A stretch of DNA of 64,000 nt from a virus. Positions 60,406 through 64,000 of the stretch are shown here, in pieces; the first letter of the stretch is position 1, and the number at the start of each line of letters is the position of its first letter. The notes under the pieces are model-generated. The model made no database searches. It worked only from the letters and a program-made list of their open reading frames with translations, and was not told the DNA's origin. Both the position numbers and the translations under genes were made by a program. The DNA lies in the IMG/VR virus record IMGVR_UViG_3300036826_000588, positions 1-64,000 of that record. The stretch is one strand, 5' to 3'.

Positions 60406-61403
60406 ACCGTGCGGCGGGGGCGGTACTCGGGGGACCGGCTGATGGTCTGGGCGGCCCGCGGCCGCTTCGGCTGCTCGAAGCGCGGCAGGACGTCGGCCGG
60501 CGGCAGGCCGGTGCAGTAGTCCTCGCGCAACAGCGCGGCGACCTTGCCCCACGCGGCGCGCGCGGTGTAGGTGTTGACGCTGACGACGCCGGCCATGGCA
60601 GCCGTCACCAGCTCGTCCGGGTCCTGCTCGTGGAGGAAGGCGGCCAGGTCTTCTCGGTCGAACCCGTGCTCGCGGTAGACGTGGACGAAGGCGCCGATGC
60701 CCAGCAGGACGTTGACCTTGTGGGCGGCAGTGCGCCGCTCGCGCGCCTCCAACTGCGCGTCCGTGTACGTGGCCTTCCCGGTCGGCGCCGGCCACGCCCG
60801 GTTGATGAGCCAGAGTGTCTCGTCGAGGACGTCCTCGCCCCACGCGAGCAGGTGTTCGAGCACCTGGACGCACGAGATCACCTCCGCCGAGGAGTGGGTG
60901 GCTACCTTCAGGTGGTGCCGGCTCAGGATGTTGCGGATGGCGAGCGCCGCCGGGTCGCGCGAGATCAGCGACGCCTGGTAGCGATGGACGACGTGGACGG
61001 CGAGCCGACCACGGCCGTTGAGCTCCTTGAAGAGGTACGCCTCCTCGGCGACGCTGAGACCCTGGTGACCGAAGACCCAGATGCCGGGCACGACGCTGCC
61101 CTCCAGCTCGCCCGTCTCCACCAGCTCGTTGTGCAGCAGGGCAGCGGCCTGCCGCGTCGCGCCGTCGAACAGCCAGTACTTGCCGTCGCGGCGGAGGCTG
61201 CCGAACAACCCCTGACCGAGGATCTGGTTCCAGTTCCGCGCCATCGGCTCGATCCGACTCCGGCGTTGCCGGTCCTCCGGCTGGTAGGCACGGTCGACCT
61301 GGAACTCCTTGGGATGCACCCACTCCGGTTTCCCGGACTGCATAAGCATCGCCTGGAGATCGTTTGGACTCTCGGTGGTGATGGGGGCGGCCGCTAAAGC
61401 CAT
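60402..61403 (-). CDS. ParB/Srx-like protein (DUF6551-like)
   Basis: FQVDRAYQ...I..MARNWN...R.DGKYWLFDGATR..AA...EEAYLFKELN. Confidence 0.75.
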   Translation of the reverse strand: MALAAAPITTESPNDLQAMLMQSGKPEWVHPKEFQVDRAYQPEDRQRRSRIEPMARNWNQILGQGLFGSLRRDGKYWLFDGATRQAAALLHNELVETGELEGSVVPGIWVFGHQGLSVAEEAYLFKELNGRGRLAVHVVHRYQASLISRDPAALAIRNILSRHHLKVATHSSAEVISCVQVLEHLLAWGEDVLDETLWLINRAWPAPTGKATYTDAQLEARERRTAAHKVNVLLGIGAFVHVYREHGFDREDLAAFLHEQDPDELVTAAMAGVVSVNTYTARAAWGKVAALLREDYCTGLPPADVLPRFEQPKRPRAAQTISRSPEYRPRRTV

Positions 61404-61535
61404 GCGAGGTCCCTCCTCGGACGTGGATGTGGTGGCTGACGCACGGCCGGGCACGGGCCGGGCCGGACGGTTTTCGGCGCGTATGCTAACTCGGCGCTCG
61501 CGTTTTGGTGCCCTGGTGTCGTAATATTCCCGCCC

Positions 61536-61670
61536 GGACGGGCCGAACGGGGGGCCGTTAACGCTGATTGGTACAGCACCTCCCTCACAAGGAGTTCCAC
61601 TCGGTTCGAATCCGGGGAACAGCCCGGCGCAAGCCGGGAAAACCGGTCGCCCAAAACCGTATGTCCGTCC
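61536..61670 (+). ncRNA. Y RNA (Ro60-binding, tRNA-like)
   Basis: Terminal stem GGACGGGC/GTCCGTCC with GGCCGAA motif, D-like and T-like (TTCGAAT) arms; directly upstream of Ro60. Confidence 0.8.
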
Positions 61671-61698
61671 GCCAACCCTCCGTCGACCAGGGGTTGGC
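61671..61698 (+). terminator. Hairpin after the Y RNA
   Basis: GCCAACCC/GGGTTGGC. Confidence 0.5.
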
Positions 61699-61739
61699 GT
61701 CTTCGCGCATGGTGGGCATTTCGTGGGAGAAGGAAGTAG

Positions 61740-63524
61740 ATGCAGCGGTACACCGGCATGTTGTCGCGCACCCCTCAGCAGGCCCCGATTCCGGGCGTGC
61801 CTGGAATGGTGCCGAACCGTGCCGGTGGCTGGGGCTTCGAGGTCAGCGACCGCGTCCTGGCCGAGCGTTTCATCCTCCTCGGGACGGTCCACGGCTCGTA
61901 CTACGCAGAGCCCGAGCAGCTCACAGGCCGGGCAATCGACGCGATCGACCGGCTGCTGGAGAGCGGCGACGGCGAGTGGCTGGTGCAGAAGATCGTCGAG
62001 ATCAGCACCCTTGGCCGCGCGCCCAAGCAGGACCCTGGCATCCTCGCCCTCGCCCTGGCGCTGAAGACCGCCCCTGACCGGCGTACGCGCCGCCTGGCGG
62101 CCGACGCGGCTCCGCGCGTGTGTCGGACCGTCTCCACCGCTTCGGACCTGGCTGACGCTCTCAAGGGCCTCGGGCCGGCGCCGGCGGCCGAAGGCCACAA
62201 TCGCGAGAAGCCGGCCATCCGGTCGCGTGCCCAGCGACGCGCCATCGCAGGCTGCTTCGAGGCGTGGGCCCGCGATCCAGCACGGCTGGCCTACCAGCTC
62301 ATCAAGTACGGGCGGGCCGCCGACAACCGGCGCCGGGGGCCGGACGGTTCCCAGGGAGCCATCTGGCGCGCTGTCGACCTGGCGCGGCTGTCGCACTTCC
62401 GTGCCTCCAATCCAGAGGTCGACGCGCTGATGTCGTGGCTGCACGGCCGGAAGGTGGCCAACCTGCCCGCGCAAGTGCGGGCCTACGAAGAGGTGCAGCG
62501 CGTGGCGGCCGTGCCGGGGCAGCTCAGCGAGCACTTTGCTGGCGAGAAGTTCGCCACGGAAGCGCGCGCCAAGGCTACAGAGCGCATCGCCGAGCTCGTG
62601 CGCGAGCACCGGCTGCCCTGGGAGTGCGTCCCAAGCGAGTTCGTGAACCTGCCGAGCGTCCAGCGGGCCCTCTTCGAGGACATGCCCCTGCACACGATGA
62701 TCCGTCAGCTCGGCCGGCTGACGGCGGGCGGTCTCTTCGACGCGCCTTCGAGCGTCCAGATGGCCGTCGACCGGCTCCGCGACGTCGAGCGGATCCGGAA
62801 GGCGCGCGTGCACCCGATGGCCGCCTACCTGGCCGCCATGATCTACGGCAGCGGCCACGGACTGAAGGGCAAGGGCTCATGGCGGCCGGTCCCGGAGATC
62901 AAGGACGCCCTCATGGCGGCCTTCCTGGGTTCCTTCCGCAGTCTGAATGCCAGCGGCAGGCAGATCGTCGTCGGCGTCGACTGCTCCGGCTCGATGGTGC
63001 AGCACGACGTGCTCGGCATCCCGGGCTTCTCGGCACAGGAGGCCGCCTTCATCATGGCGTGGGCCACGGCACGCGTCGAACCGCGGGCCCGCGTGGTGGC
63101 CTTCGGCGAGCAGGCCGAGGAGATCGAGCTGCGCGACGTGCAAACGCTGGACGAGCTGCGGCGCCGGGCGCGCATGGTACGGATACGCCACAACAGGGGT
63201 ACTGACTGCTCGCTGCCGATCCTCTACGCCCTGGAGCGCCCAAACTGGGGCGAAGTGGATGCGTTCGTGATCTACACGGACGAGGAGACCTGGTACAGCC
63301 CGACGATCCACCCGATCGAGGCGTTGTGGCAGTACCGGGCCCGCTGGGAGCGGCGGACGCGGCTCGTCTCCGCCGCGCTCGTGGCCAACCACTACAGCCT
63401 CGTGAACACGGCGCCGGACCGCGGCGAGTCCGTTCAGGACGATGCCGGCGTGCTCGCGGTGACGGGCTTCGACTCGGCCGCGCCAGCGATCATCGCCGAC
63501 TTCGTGCGCTCAGGGGACGGATAG
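61740..63524 (+). CDS. rsr: Ro60/Rsr (TROVE + VWA) RNA-binding protein
   Basis: PQ..PIPG...MVPNRAGGWGF, RFILLGT..GSYY, GRAPKQ.P, LPWECVP, MP...MIRQLGRLT, VHPM, GVDCSGSM, TDCSLP, VIYTDEETW, GFDSAAP. Confidence 0.95.
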   Translation: MQRYTGMLSRTPQQAPIPGVPGMVPNRAGGWGFEVSDRVLAERFILLGTVHGSYYAEPEQLTGRAIDAIDRLLESGDGEWLVQKIVEISTLGRAPKQDPGILALALALKTAPDRRTRRLAADAAPRVCRTVSTASDLADALKGLGPAPAAEGHNREKPAIRSRAQRRAIAGCFEAWARDPARLAYQLIKYGRAADNRRRGPDGSQGAIWRAVDLARLSHFRASNPEVDALMSWLHGRKVANLPAQVRAYEEVQRVAAVPGQLSEHFAGEKFATEARAKATERIAELVREHRLPWECVPSEFVNLPSVQRALFEDMPLHTMIRQLGRLTAGGLFDAPSSVQMAVDRLRDVERIRKARVHPMAAYLAAMIYGSGHGLKGKGSWRPVPEIKDALMAAFLGSFRSLNASGRQIVVGVDCSGSMVQHDVLGIPGFSAQEAAFIMAWATARVEPRARVVAFGEQAEEIELRDVQTLDELRRRARMVRIRHNRGTDCSLPILYALERPNWGEVDAFVIYTDEETWYSPTIHPIEALWQYRARWERRTRLVSAALVANHYSLVNTAPDRGESVQDDAGVLAVTGFDSAAPAIIADFVRSGDG

Positions 63525-63699
63525 GCGCTCGGATGGGAGCCAGGCTGGAGCTTGCGCTGGCCGCGATCGGCACGGTCACGGTCCTGCTCGTCGTCATCGT
63601 AGGAGGCGTCCTCACGTTCTGCGTGCTCCGCGACCGCCTGGCGTACGGCCAATGGTGGTGGGATGAAGCCGTTGACGGGCTGGAGAGCGGCCAGTAGGG

Positions 63700-64000
63700 A
63701 TGAGCCTGCGAGACCCTCTCACGCCTACCGGCGAGCCTAAGCTGCTGCTGTCCATCCAGACGCGCAGCATCGAGACTGCGCGCCGCTTCTGGTCGGAAGC
63801 GGACGAGCGCGACGTCGGCGACCTGAAGCTGTACTGGAACTGGCGCAGCAAGAAGGAGGTCGCCGCCGCCAAGGCAGCGTTCGAGGCGGCGCACGCCGCT
63901 GGCATCCGCTTCTTCAGGCTTCTCAAGGGAGACGACCTGGAGGGAGAGCTGATCGAGAACTGGGACCAGGCCCTCGGCGCACCGGTGCGTCCCGGCCAGC
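63700..64000 (+). CDS. Hypothetical protein, truncated by the window end
   Basis: Open frame from ATG 63700. Confidence 0.5.
   Translation, partial: MSLRDPLTPTGEPKLLLSIQTRSIETARRFWSEADERDVGDLKLYWNWRSKKEVAAAKAAFEAAHAAGIRFFRLLKGDDLEGELIENWDQALGAPVRPGQ

Noticed and set aside
60402-62858. 818-aa minus-strand ORF and similar long ORFs (15040-16395 -, 20250-21692 -, 33037-34359 -, 39855-41228 -)
   Set aside because: Antisense shadows of real high-GC genes; only 60402-61403 of the first has protein motifs

Overview
The window looks like part of a large, high-GC tailed-phage genome. The class F sortase and leaderless promoters suggest a monoderm host such as Actinomycetota or Chloroflexota/Dormibacterota; this is inference. 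No integrase, rRNA or CRISPR array is visible. In order, it holds: (1) 0-9.6 kb, translationally coupled small genes (HNH, VRR-NUC, membrane hydrolase, metallophosphoesterase); (2) 10-16.3 kb, a DNA-base hypermodification operon (ParB-like, amino-acid:DNA transferase, FAD oxidoreductase, P-loop kinase, TET/JBP-like dioxygenase) interrupted by an inverted LAGLIDADG gene; (3) 19-27 kb, an array of stereotyped promoter + leaderless 'ATG-AAC' gene + hairpin cassettes flanked by non-coding tracts; (4) 27.6-41.9 kb, packaging/head genes, with the large terminase split into two genes about 4.3 kb apart, a portal, and a MuF protein fused to a 2H phosphoesterase; (5) 42-47 kb, sortase, LPDTG protein, ECF sigma and anti-sigma; (6) 47-59 kb, 34 tRNA genes read by eye, in two promoter-headed arrays, many non-canonical; (7) a globin, a YkgJ protein, and Ro60 with an upstream Y-RNA-like gene. 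The strongest candidate new system is the tRNA control. Each array starts with a short leader ORF whose codons match the tRNAs it precedes: an 18-amino-acid-type peptide lacking Ser and Tyr before the array of 16 other isotypes, and MFRLYLYLLLSRSSL before the Ser/Leu/Tyr array. Each leader overlaps attenuator-like hairpins, which suggests ribosome-mediated sensing of tRNA depletion. All protein calls come from motif recognition and all RNA structures from manual pairing; no searches were run.
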